Positions 10,523-19,370 are shown, numbered from the stretch's first letter. The stretch is DNA of 32,000 nucleotides from Nostoc sp. PCC 7120 = FACHB-418 (GCF_000009705.1 NC_003272.1:3810001-3842000); one strand, 5' to 3'. Numbers and translations are program-made. Notes: generated by a model from the letters alone, not told the origin.

Positions 10523-11198
10523 CCCGGTAAAAATTCTGTTGGTTGAAGATGATGAACTCTTTCGCTTAGGCTTGCGGGTGCGATTACAACAAGAAGCAGG
10601 CTTAGAAATTATTGCTGAGGCTGAAGATGGTGAAACAGCCCTTGATTTAATCAAGCAAAACTCTCTGGATGTGGTGTTATTAGATGTAGGATTACCAGGG
10701 TTGGGGGGAATAGAAGCTTGTAAACAAATTAAGCAGCAAAATCCTCAACTACCAATTTTAGTTTTGACTTCCCATTCCCAAAAACCGTTAATTTCTAAAT
10801 TAATTGAAGCAGGCGCTCAAGGATATTGTCTCAAAGGAATTATCGCCGAAAAATTAGTATTGGCACTGCGTTCTGTCGCGGCTGGGGCTTCTTGGTGGGA
10901 TGAAACTGCAACGAGGGAAATTCGCTCTTCTATTGAGTCTAGCCAGTCTCAACCGCCAGAACAAAATTTCCCAAAATCTGATCACCCTTTAACTGGACGT
11001 GAATTAGAAATTTTAGCTTTATTAGCTAAGGGGAAAACGAATCAAGAAATTGCTACGGTACTGTACATTACCCCTGGAACAGTTAGAGTTCATGTTCATG
11101 CTATTCTACACAAACTAGAGGTTAGCGATCGCCATCAAGCTGTAGTTGTTGCTTTACAAAAACGGTTGATTCAAAATAGTGCGATCGCAAATGAATAG
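10512..11198 (+). CDS. Response regulator, NarL/LuxR family (REC + LuxR-type HTH)
   Basis: I set the start at ATG 10512 (MASNPVKILLVEDDELFR...), which overlaps the kinase stop by 11 nt. It has a REC domain (LLDVGLPG) and a C-terminal HTH (LTGRELEILALLAKGKTNQEIA...TVRVHVHAILHKLEV). Confidence 0.85.
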   Translation: MASNPVKILLVEDDELFRLGLRVRLQQEAGLEIIAEAEDGETALDLIKQNSLDVVLLDVGLPGLGGIEACKQIKQQNPQLPILVLTSHSQKPLISKLIEAGAQGYCLKGIIAEKLVLALRSVAAGASWWDETATREIRSSIESSQSQPPEQNFPKSDHPLTGRELEILALLAKGKTNQEIATVLYITPGTVRVHVHAILHKLEVSDRHQAVVVALQKRLIQNSAIANE

Positions 11199-11220
11199 TT
11201 TACCCATTTGGGTAATGCAA

Positions 11221-11248
11221 AATAAAAAATTTAGATAAATTTTTTATT
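11221..11248. repeat. Perfect A/T-only palindrome (12-bp arms, 4-nt centre)
   Basis: AATAAAAAATTT-AGAT-AAATTTTTTATT, located 23 nt after the response-regulator stop. Confidence 0.6.
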
Positions 11249-11287
11249 CCTGACATAAGGGACTTACAGAGTAAAAAATATCCAAAT

Positions 11288-11352
11288 GTAGGGTGCGTCA
11301 GTATGAATAATTTCTGAGTATAGTTAGGTTATATCGCTCTGACGCACCCTAC
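11288..11352. repeat. 65-bp element bounded by perfect 14-bp inverted repeats (possible small dispersed or MITE-like Nostoc repeat)
   Basis: GTAGGGTGCGTCAG (11288-11301) and CTGACGCACCCTAC (11339-11352) are exact reverse complements separated by 37 nt of AT-rich loop. Confidence 0.5.
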
Positions 11353-11606
11353 CAAACTGAACAATAATTAGAATTCAGATTTTGTTTACATCACTAAATA
11401 TATACGGTTTAATCAATCACCGCTTTTTTACATTTCTTATCTCTATGTATCTTTAACGACTGTTAGACTGTTAGCGCAAGCAGTAAGTAATTTGTAGTTA
11501 GTAATTAGTAATGCCTTCAATTAAGGAATGTAAATAATTAATTCCTGAGGTTAAAAAATATATCAACTCTAATTTTGATTATTCTAGGGAATCAAAGAGG
11601 CTTTTT

Positions 11607-13904
11607 ATGAGAATAGACGTAGAATCACAAAATATTAATGTTACTAGTTTAAAGGAAGCGCCAATTCATCTTTCCGGGCAAATTCAACCACATGGTGTGC
11701 TTTTAGTTTTGGAAGAACCGGGTCTGAAAATATTACAAGTGAGCAATAATACCTGGGGTATTTTGGGTATCAATGCTGAAAATATATTACAGAAAAAATT
11801 AGAAGATTTACTCGATTCCTTTCAAATAGAACGGATTCAATCAGGCTTATCTTCTGGGAATCTGGAATTTATTAACCCTACAAAAATTTGGATTAGAAAG
11901 AAGGGGGATGATTACGCAGTATTTGATGCGGTTTTCCATCGCAATACGGAAGGCTTTTTGATTCTGGAGTTAGAACCAGCAATTACTCAAGAAAATATCC
12001 CGTTTTTAAGCTTTTATCATTTGGCGAAAGCTTCAATTAATCAGTTGCAGAAAACAGCAAATTTGCGGGATTTTTGTCAGATAATTGTCCAAGAAGTCCG
12101 AAAAGTCACCGATTTTGATCGGGTAATGTTATATAAATTCGATGATGATGGACATGGTTCAGTCATCGCGGAAGAAAAACTAGACAGCCTAGAGCCATAC
12201 TTAGGACTCCACTATCCAGAATCAGATATTCCTAAACCAGCCAGAAAATTATTTATTTCTAATTCCATCCGGGTGATTCCCAATGCTCAGGCTCAGGCTA
12301 TACAGATGATACCCGCTTTGAACCCAGTGAGCGATCGCCCGGTTGATTTAACTAACTCAATTCTCAGAAGTGCGGCTAACTGTCACCTGGAATATCTACA
12401 TAATATGGGTGTCGGTGCTTCCTTAACTATCTCGTTAATTAAGGACAATAAGCTTTGGGGATTAATTGCTTGTCATCACCTGTCAGCCAAATATGTTTCC
12501 TATGAATTGCGGAAAGCCTGCGAATTTTTGGGACGGGTGATATTTGCGGAAATCTCCGCCAGAGAGGAAACAGAAGATTACGATTATCGAATGAATCTGA
12601 CCCATATTCAATCACTCTTGGTTGAATATATGTCCCAAGAAGATAACTTTGTTGATGGTTTAATTAAACATCAGCCGAGTCTTCTAGATTTAACCAGCGC
12701 TCAAGGTGCGGCTGTATGTTTTGGCGACCATTGTACATTAATTGGTGAGACTCCCAAAGCAGAAGATTTAGTTTTCTTAGTCCAGTGGTTGAAGAATAAC
12801 GTCGAGGAAGAAGTTTTCTACACGGATTCCTTACCGCAAGTTTATCCAGATGCGGAAAGATATAAAAATGTCGCCAGTGGTTTGTTAGCGATTCCTATTT
12901 CCCAACGTAATTATGTTTTGTGGTTTCGACCGGAAGTAATTCAAACTGTAAACTGGGGTGGTGATCCTAATCAACCCTTTGAAGTTAATAAGTTAGATGG
13001 GAATGTGCGCCTCTGTCCGCGCAAATCCTTTGAACTGTGGAAAGAAACAGTCCGCCTCACCTCTCTACCTTGGCGATATGTGGAAATTAGAGCCGCCTTA
13101 GAATTGCGGAAAGCAATTGTGAATATCGTTCTACGCCAAGCCGATGAACTGGCGCAGTTAGCGCACGATTTAGAACGTTCCAACGCCGAACTGAAAAAAT
13201 TTGCTTATGTTGCATCCCATGACTTACAAGAACCGCTCAATCAAGTAGCGAATTACGTGCAGTTGTTGGAGATGCGCTATCAAGATCAACTAGATGCAGA
13301 TGCCAACGAGTTTATCACCTTTGCCGTCGAGGGTGTGAGCTTGATGCAGACGTTAATCGATGACGTTTTGGCGTATTCTAAAGTAGATACACAAGCGATC
13401 GCTTTTCAACTAACAGAAGTAGAAAAAGCATTAGACAAAGCTTTGGGTAACTTGCGCCAACGCATCGCCGAAACAGGCGCAAACATTACTCACGACCCCT
13501 TACCAACCGTCATGGCTGGTAGTACCCAACTCATGCAGCTATTCCAGAATTTGATAGCCAACGCCATTAAATTCCGCAGTGAGGAAGCGCCACAAATTCA
13601 TATAGGTGCAGAAAGACTAGAAGACGAATGGCTATTCTCAGTTAGAGATAACGGGATTGGGATTGACCCCCAATTTAGTGATCGCATTTTCGTAATTTTC
13701 CAACGCTTACACACACGGGACGAGTATCATGGTACAGGCATGGGTCTAGCAATCTGTAAGAAAATTATCGAATGTCACCGGGGACGAATCTGGGTAGAGT
13801 CACAACTTGGTGAAGGTGCTACCTTCTACTTTACGATACCAGTTGGAGGTCGAGAGCGTGAGCGTAGAAACGGAAGAAAAACACAGAACAATCTTTTTAG
13901 TTGA
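11607..13904 (+). CDS. aphA: Cyanobacterial phytochrome (PAS-GAF-PHY photosensory core + histidine kinase), Cph1/AphA type
   Basis: 765 aa. The bilin-binding GAF motif RSAANCHLEYLHNMGVGASLTISL places Cys259 at codon nt 12381-12383. Also present are PIHLSGQIQPHGVLLV at the N-terminus, an H-box (FAYVASHDLQEPL) and HATPase motifs (DNGIGI, GTGMGLAICKKI). Confidence 0.92.
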   Translation: MRIDVESQNINVTSLKEAPIHLSGQIQPHGVLLVLEEPGLKILQVSNNTWGILGINAENILQKKLEDLLDSFQIERIQSGLSSGNLEFINPTKIWIRKKGDDYAVFDAVFHRNTEGFLILELEPAITQENIPFLSFYHLAKASINQLQKTANLRDFCQIIVQEVRKVTDFDRVMLYKFDDDGHGSVIAEEKLDSLEPYLGLHYPESDIPKPARKLFISNSIRVIPNAQAQAIQMIPALNPVSDRPVDLTNSILRSAANCHLEYLHNMGVGASLTISLIKDNKLWGLIACHHLSAKYVSYELRKACEFLGRVIFAEISAREETEDYDYRMNLTHIQSLLVEYMSQEDNFVDGLIKHQPSLLDLTSAQGAAVCFGDHCTLIGETPKAEDLVFLVQWLKNNVEEEVFYTDSLPQVYPDAERYKNVASGLLAIPISQRNYVLWFRPEVIQTVNWGGDPNQPFEVNKLDGNVRLCPRKSFELWKETVRLTSLPWRYVEIRAALELRKAIVNIVLRQADELAQLAHDLERSNAELKKFAYVASHDLQEPLNQVANYVQLLEMRYQDQLDADANEFITFAVEGVSLMQTLIDDVLAYSKVDTQAIAFQLTEVEKALDKALGNLRQRIAETGANITHDPLPTVMAGSTQLMQLFQNLIANAIKFRSEEAPQIHIGAERLEDEWLFSVRDNGIGIDPQFSDRIFVIFQRLHTRDEYHGTGMGLAICKKIIECHRGRIWVESQLGEGATFYFTIPVGGRERERRNGRKTQNNLFS

Positions 13905-14304
13905 GGATAATAAAGCCGATATCCGCCTTATCCAAGAAGCCTTTAAAAATAGCCAATTGCCACACGAAGTGGTAACAGTTAGAGATGGTATGGACGCAAT
14001 GGCCTATCTGCGCCAAGAGGGAGAGTATACCCATGCACCGCGTCCAGACCTAATTCTCTTGGATTTAAACCTACCTAGAAAAGATGGTAGAGAAGTACTG
14101 GCGGAAATCAAAGCTGACCCCGCACTCAAAAGGATACCAGTAGTAGTTTTGACAACATCCAGAAACGAAGACGATATTTTTCACAGCTACGACCTACACG
14201 TAAACTGCTACATCACCAAATCCCGTAACCTCACCCAGCTCTTCCAAATCGTCAAAGGAATTGAAGAGTTTTGGCTCTCTACCGTCACTCTACCACCTGA
14301 GTAA
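13858..14304 (+). CDS. rcpA: Phytochrome-associated single-domain response regulator (Rcp1/RcpA type)
   Basis: 148 aa from GTG 13858, with GGAGG 8 nt upstream. It aligns with Synechocystis Rcp1 as I remember it (...LVEDNKADIRLIQEAF...PDLILLDLNLPRKDGREVLAEIK...IPVVVLTTS...VNCYITKSRNL...FWLSTVTLPP). It overlaps the aphA 3' end by 47 nt. The start codon is inferred. Confidence 0.85.
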   Translation: MSVETEEKHRTIFLVEDNKADIRLIQEAFKNSQLPHEVVTVRDGMDAMAYLRQEGEYTHAPRPDLILLDLNLPRKDGREVLAEIKADPALKRIPVVVLTTSRNEDDIFHSYDLHVNCYITKSRNLTQLFQIVKGIEEFWLSTVTLPPE

Positions 14305-14343
14305 GGGAGATGAAGACGCAGAGGAGCAGGGGAGAAAATTATT

Positions 14344-14378
14344 AAATTTTGAATTTTGAATTTTGAATTTTGAATTGA
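14344..14378. repeat. Heptanucleotide tandem repeat (STRR-like), about 5 units of GAATTTT
   Basis: aaatttt gaatttt gaatttt gaatttt gaattga, in the 118-nt rcpA to REC-HK spacer. Confidence 0.9.
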
Positions 14379-14422
14379 TTACTCCCCAATCACCAATTAC
14401 AAGGGGGTAAAACCAGAAAATT

Positions 14423-15580
14423 ATGGTTGGACACTCAGTCAGGATTTTATTAATTGAGGATAGCCTCGCAGAAGCCAGGTTATTACAGGAATATTTGCAT
14501 CAAGCTGAGTCCAAACAATTTGTTCTGGTTCATGTGAAGCGATTACAGGAAGCACTCAATGAACTAAAACAGACCAGCTACGATGTGATTTTGTTAGACC
14601 TCACCCTACCGGATAGCCAAGGGTTATCATCTTTACCTATATTGATAGGACGGGTTCCTAGTGTACCAATAGTTGTCTTGACAAATACTAACGATGAAGA
14701 CTTAGCAATTGAAGCAGTCAGACAAGGAGCGCAAGATTATTTAGTCAAGCGACAGGTAAATGTTAATGTATTGGTTCGTGCTGTATTTTATGCAATTGAG
14801 CGTAAGCAAGCATTAGAAACATTACGCACCATGAATACAACCCTAGAAAACCGGGTGGAAGAACGCACGGCTGAATTGGTGAAAGCGCAAGAAATCAACC
14901 AGTTTAAATCTGAGTTTGTTTCCATGCTCTCCCATGACATCCGTAATCCCCTAAATACTATTTTGTTAGCGGCTGGGTTGTTGCAAAATAACGAAGACAA
15001 ATTAACTAAGGAGAAAAAACGTTCTCATTTACAAATGATTCGTTCCGCCATTAAAAATATGGCACAACTATTAGATGAAGTGTCATTAATAGGCAAAGCT
15101 GAATCAGGTAAACTCCAGTGTGAACTTATCTCTATAGATTTGGAAGCATTCTGTCGCCAATTAGTAGCAGAAGCGCAATTAACTATAGGCGAGAAGCATT
15201 TGACTGTAATTTTTACCTGCAATAAATCATTTGACGAAGCTTTATTAGATGAAACCTTGCTGCGTCACATTTTAGGTAATGTACTAGGCAACGCCATTAA
15301 GTATTCCCTTCCCGGCGGTATAATCCACTTTGAATTAACTGCCCAAAATAACGCAGTTATGTTTAAGATTCAAGATTGCGGAATTGGTATTTCCCAGGAA
15401 GACCAGAAACAACTATTTCAATCATTCCATCGTGGAGAAAATGTAGGAGGAATTGCAGGTACTGGCTTAGGACTAGCTATAGTCAAAAAATGTGTTGATG
15501 CTCACGGCGGCGAAATTATCGTCAATAGTGAGGTTGGGGTTGGTACAACGTTTACTATCATCCTGCCATTAATCAACTAA
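14423..15580 (+). CDS. Hybrid REC-histidine kinase (N-terminal receiver, HisKA, HATPase_c)
   Basis: 385 aa with a receiver domain (ILLIEDSLAEA...VILLDLTLPD), an H-box (FVSMLSHDIRNPLN) and an ATPase domain (GNAIKYS, DCGIGI, GTGLGLAIVKK). Confidence 0.88.
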   Translation: MVGHSVRILLIEDSLAEARLLQEYLHQAESKQFVLVHVKRLQEALNELKQTSYDVILLDLTLPDSQGLSSLPILIGRVPSVPIVVLTNTNDEDLAIEAVRQGAQDYLVKRQVNVNVLVRAVFYAIERKQALETLRTMNTTLENRVEERTAELVKAQEINQFKSEFVSMLSHDIRNPLNTILLAAGLLQNNEDKLTKEKKRSHLQMIRSAIKNMAQLLDEVSLIGKAESGKLQCELISIDLEAFCRQLVAEAQLTIGEKHLTVIFTCNKSFDEALLDETLLRHILGNVLGNAIKYSLPGGIIHFELTAQNNAVMFKIQDCGIGISQEDQKQLFQSFHRGENVGGIAGTGLGLAIVKKCVDAHGGEIIVNSEVGVGTTFTIILPLIN

Positions 15581-15605
15581 TCAACATTTAAATGGGAGAG
15601 TTCAT

Positions 15606-16121
15606 TTAATTTTCAATTGATTTAAAAAATTGCCAAATCTGTTCACTTGAGCATAGGTGATAAATGCTCTTGGTGTTTTTAGCCTGCTTGAGATACTCCC
15701 GATATCTTGGAGTCAAACCTTTGTGACATAACCAAAGCACGCGGTAGCTATTAAGCGACCCCTTCAAAATAGGGCTGTTTTCCGGCCATCCTTCAGGCGG
15801 TCTCAAGTAACCTGTGATTAGTCGTTTAGTTACCCACAAAAAATGCACATATAGCGGTAGATCGATAAAAATTAGAGTATCCGCCTCTTCCAGTCGTAGC
15901 CAGAGGGTTTCCATGCAACCGAACCCGTCAATAATCCATCGGTCAGTAGCTAAAATTTGCTGATGCGTGCGCTTATATTCTTCCTGCGGAACCTCAGCAC
16001 CCCCTGATTGATATTTAATCTTATCCAAGGGATAAAGCGGCAAACCAGTGATTTGGGATAGTCTCTTGCTTAACGTTGATTTACCACCTCCAGTATTGCC
16101 AAACACAGCTACTTTTTTCAC
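15606..16121 (-). CDS. P-loop NTPase (adenylate-kinase / topology-modulation-protein-like small ATPase)
   Basis: Walker A motif VAVFGNTGGGKSTLSKRL lies near the N-terminus. I set the start at GTG 16121, preceded by AAGGGGAG; the track ORF begins at an upstream TTG (16172). It is on the same strand as coaT, 64 nt after the coaT stop. Confidence 0.65.
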   Translation of the reverse strand: MKKVAVFGNTGGGKSTLSKRLSQITGLPLYPLDKIKYQSGGAEVPQEEYKRTHQQILATDRWIIDGFGCMETLWLRLEEADTLIFIDLPLYVHFLWVTKRLITGYLRPPEGWPENSPILKGSLNSYRVLWLCHKGLTPRYREYLKQAKNTKSIYHLCSSEQIWQFFKSIEN

Positions 16122-16185
16122 CACTACTCCCCTTTTAGTGCAATCAGGCCACTTCGTAAATGAAACTAACAATCAGATTCCTCGT

Positions 16186-18111
16186 TTACTTCAACAATCG
16201 TAAACCACTCAAGGTAACTAATACTGTCGAACCCTCATGACCAATTACGCCGATGGGTAAGTTGATATTGCCAAGAAAATTACCAATTAACAATAAAGCA
16301 ATAAACCCCAAGGCTACAACTATATTTTGCTTGATAATGCGATGCGATCGCCTGCCCAATTCCATAGCCGCAGCAATTTTCTCTAATTTATCAGCCATCA
16401 ATACAATATCTGCTGTTTCCAAAGCCACATCACTACCAGCAACACCCATTGCAATTCCTACAGATGCTTGAGCCAAAGCTGGTGCATCATTAATTCCATC
16501 CCCCACCATCGCCACGATTTGATACTTTTGCTGCAAGCTGCGAATTACATCTAACTTATCTTCAGGTAAAAGTTCGGCAAATACTTGGTCAATCCCTACC
16601 GCTTGAGCCACACTCTCAGCCGTGCGTTGATTATCTCCCGTAATCATCACAATTTGTTCTATACCCGATTTCCGCAACCTGGTAATAGTCGCAGCCGCTT
16701 CTGGTCTAATCATATCTGCAATGGCAATTATACCTATTACCTGATACTCATCCCCATTACTTTCCCCTTGGGCTACCCAAACCACCGTTTTCCCCTCATC
16801 TTCCAACGATGGCGCTACCTCTAGTAATTCCTGTGGTAACTTATCTACATACTTCTGGACAAAAGCTGCATTCCCTACAATGACTTGTTGCTCATCAGCA
16901 GTACCCACAATTCCTTGTCCTGGTATCGCTTGTACCTCCGTTGCACGTACCCAGTTTAAATTACCAGCCGCCTGGACAATGGCTTGAGCAATGGGATGTT
17001 CTGAGGATGCCTCTAAGGCTGCTGCTACTTTTAAAACACTTGCCCCTGTGTAATTACTAGCAGCAATCACCTGAGACACCTGGACTTGTCCTGTAGTGAG
17101 AGTACCAGTTTTATCAAAGGCGATCGCTCTAACTTTACCAATGTTCTCCAATTGTGCGCCATTTTTAAACAAAATCCCCTGTCTTGCGCCATTGGCAATA
17201 CCCGATAATAATGTAGGCATAATTGCCGCCATCAGCGCACAGGGAGAAGCCACAACCAAAAAAGTTAAAGCACGGTAAATGGTTGTTTCCCAGTCCCAAC
17301 CCCAAATAAATGGCGGTAAAGTTGCTAATAATATGCCCGCAATCACAATTACCCTGGCATATCCCCTTTCAAAAACTTCAATAAACTGTTGGGAGGGAGG
17401 CGCTTCTGTTTGTGCTTGTTCTACCAAGCGAATTACCCGTTGAATCAAACTACTGGCGGCTGGTTTGTGTACCTTTAATGTCAACGCCCCATAACCATTA
17501 AGTGTCCCAGCAAAAACTTCCTCGCCTACCGTCTTTTCTACAGGTAAAGATTCCCCGGTAATCGCCGCTTGATTGATGGTGCTGTAACCAGACACAATCA
17601 CAGCATCAGTAGGAATCAACTCACCCGGCTTAACAACAATCTCATCCCCCACTTGTAACTGACTGATAGGAATAGTTTCTTCCCCAGTTTGATTGACAAT
17701 TGTGGCTGTATCCGGTGTCAAACTCATCAAACTGCGAATACTCCTCTCGGTGTGACGCATGGCATAACCTTCCAATGCACCACTGATAGCAAAGATGAGA
17801 ATCAAAATTGCCCCATCAATAATTAAATGATATTCTCTCCGCCACAAACCCAAACTTGCTGCACCAAGGGCTGCAACAATCATCAGCAAATCTACATCCA
17901 GTTCTTTTTCCTTAATTAGCGTCGTCAGTCCCTCACGGGCGCTTTCATAACCACCAATCACATAAGCCGCAGGTAACAGCAGCAACGCGAAACCCAACCA
18001 ACCCAAATGCAAAGCGAACCACCCGAAAAATAACAGCACCCCACAAAGCAGGGCTGCTAAGGTGTCGGTGTGTTCTTTGGTGAATTGGTGAATACGTTGG
18101 GGGTAAAGCAT
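16186..18111 (-). CDS. coaT: P1B-4-type heavy-metal (Co2+/Zn2+-type) exporting ATPase, CoaT-like
   Basis: It has DKTGTLT, an SPC motif (VVASPCALMAA) in place of CPC, HEGSTVLV in the last TM, MITGDN and GDGINDAPAL. There is no N-terminal HMA metal-binding domain. I set the start at ATG 18111 (MLYPQRIH...), because the longer track ORF would run through the operator and overlap coaR. Confidence 0.85.
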   Translation of the reverse strand: MLYPQRIHQFTKEHTDTLAALLCGVLLFFGWFALHLGWLGFALLLLPAAYVIGGYESAREGLTTLIKEKELDVDLLMIVAALGAASLGLWRREYHLIIDGAILILIFAISGALEGYAMRHTERSIRSLMSLTPDTATIVNQTGEETIPISQLQVGDEIVVKPGELIPTDAVIVSGYSTINQAAITGESLPVEKTVGEEVFAGTLNGYGALTLKVHKPAASSLIQRVIRLVEQAQTEAPPSQQFIEVFERGYARVIVIAGILLATLPPFIWGWDWETTIYRALTFLVVASPCALMAAIMPTLLSGIANGARQGILFKNGAQLENIGKVRAIAFDKTGTLTTGQVQVSQVIAASNYTGASVLKVAAALEASSEHPIAQAIVQAAGNLNWVRATEVQAIPGQGIVGTADEQQVIVGNAAFVQKYVDKLPQELLEVAPSLEDEGKTVVWVAQGESNGDEYQVIGIIAIADMIRPEAAATITRLRKSGIEQIVMITGDNQRTAESVAQAVGIDQVFAELLPEDKLDVIRSLQQKYQIVAMVGDGINDAPALAQASVGIAMGVAGSDVALETADIVLMADKLEKIAAAMELGRRSHRIIKQNIVVALGFIALLLIGNFLGNINLPIGVIGHEGSTVLVTLSGLRLLK

Positions 18112-18148
18112 GAGAGTTGCACAAGTCAGGAATACCTTTACCCTAAAC

Positions 18149-18172
18149 CTTGACATTGATGTTAATGTCAAG
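18149..18172. promoter_or_regulatory. Candidate CoaR (MerR-type) operator: perfect 9-6-9 dyad with TTGACA -35 boxes in both arms
   Basis: The dyad is CTTGACATT-gatgtt-AATGTCAAG. On the minus strand (coaT direction), TTGACA is followed after a 20-nt spacer by TAGGGT (18140-18145). An over-long 19-20 bp spacer is the hallmark of MerR-activated promoters. Confidence 0.6.
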
Positions 18173-18235
18173 CATATGGGGAATATATGAATCACGCAGA
18201 GGCTGAGAAGCGTAGAGAACAAGGTGGCGTAAATT

Positions 18236-19342
18236 ATGAATTCTGGTTGCTTAACGATTAAAGAACTCACCCAAGCCGTAGGCGGCGGGATTACTCCCCG
18301 GATGGTGCGACACTACCATGAGCTAGGGTTGTTACCCCAGCCAGAGCGATCGCCTAGCAATTACCGTCTCTACACCCAACAAGATGTCATCAGGTTGCAG
18401 AGGATTGTCGCCTTGAAGCAGCAAGGGTTCCAACTTAACCACATCCGCCACATTTTGGAGATGGAGCCAGAAGCAGACACCAATGCCAATTTTATGGCAC
18501 AGTTACAACAACAATATCGCTCAGTTATGCAGCAAATCGCCCAGCTGCGACAAACAGCGTCGGCCTTAGAGGGATTATTGGGGCGCGATCGCCATTGTCA
18601 AATTATGCAGGCGGAAGTACTGGCACAACTCAAATTATTAGAGGTGGAAACGCAAGTTGGCTTAGGGGGGTTAGCAGAACTTTGGCATGGTTTAGATGCA
18701 GAGGTACATACCCACCCAGAAGTATTTGCCGAATCTTTGCAACATATCTTACCTGATTTATCCGAGCGATCGGAAATCGAACAACACCTGATTTCTCAGT
18801 TAGTTTTGGCTTGTGGTGATGTGAGTTTGGTGTCTTTTATGAGGGTGAGTAAGAACGCGATCGCCGCTAGTCGTCAAGCTCTTTCCTCTGCTTGTGAGAT
18901 TGTTGTTGATATCCCCACCATTGCGGCGGCGATCGATCAAACAAGGTTAGTTCATTTAGGCTGTAAAGTCACCACCTTAATTGATAACCCCCATATCAAC
19001 ACAGCCATCGAGGCAGAAAAAGAATTTTGGCAGCATCAACAATGGCGCGAGAGATTAGCCAAAGTGAGTCAAGGCTGCATAGTGGTGATTGGTTACGCGC
19101 CTTCTGTACTTTTAGAAGTCTGCACCCTGATTAACCAGCAAAAAATTCAACCTTCACTAGTTATCGGAATGCCCATTGGCTTCAGCCATGCTCCCGCCGC
19201 CAAAAGACAATTAATGCAACAAACATCACCTTTTATCACTATTGAGGGAACTATAGGTGGAGGATTACTGGCTGCTACTGCCCTCAATGCTTTGGTTGAA
19301 TCATTAATTGAAAAGCCAAATTGTCATTGTTATTTAAGTTAA
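18236..19342 (+). CDS. coaR: MerR-family regulator fused to a precorrin-8X methylmutase (CbiC/CobH)-like domain, CoaR-like cobalt sensor
   Basis: 368 aa. The N-terminal MerR HTH reads LTIKELTQAVGGGITPRMVRHYHELGLLPQPERSPSNYRLYTQQDVIRLQRIVALKQQGF. The C-terminal two-thirds are CbiC-like (...IVVDIPTIAAAI...VVIGYAPSVLLE...MPIGFSHAPAAK...GGGLLAATALNAL). The sequence ends with Cys-His-Cys (NCHCYLS), as in Synechocystis CoaR. Confidence 0.8.
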   Translation: MNSGCLTIKELTQAVGGGITPRMVRHYHELGLLPQPERSPSNYRLYTQQDVIRLQRIVALKQQGFQLNHIRHILEMEPEADTNANFMAQLQQQYRSVMQQIAQLRQTASALEGLLGRDRHCQIMQAEVLAQLKLLEVETQVGLGGLAELWHGLDAEVHTHPEVFAESLQHILPDLSERSEIEQHLISQLVLACGDVSLVSFMRVSKNAIAASRQALSSACEIVVDIPTIAAAIDQTRLVHLGCKVTTLIDNPHINTAIEAEKEFWQHQQWRERLAKVSQGCIVVIGYAPSVLLEVCTLINQQKIQPSLVIGMPIGFSHAPAAKRQLMQQTSPFITIEGTIGGGLLAATALNALVESLIEKPNCHCYLS

Positions 19343-19370
19343 GCGGTGCAATGCACTTTTCACAAAGCTC

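Noticed and set aside
18112-18270. 53-aa N-terminal extension of the coaT ORF overlapping coaR
   Set aside because: It would read through the dyad operator and overlap the divergent coaR start. The homologous ATPase body starts at Met54 (ATG 18111).
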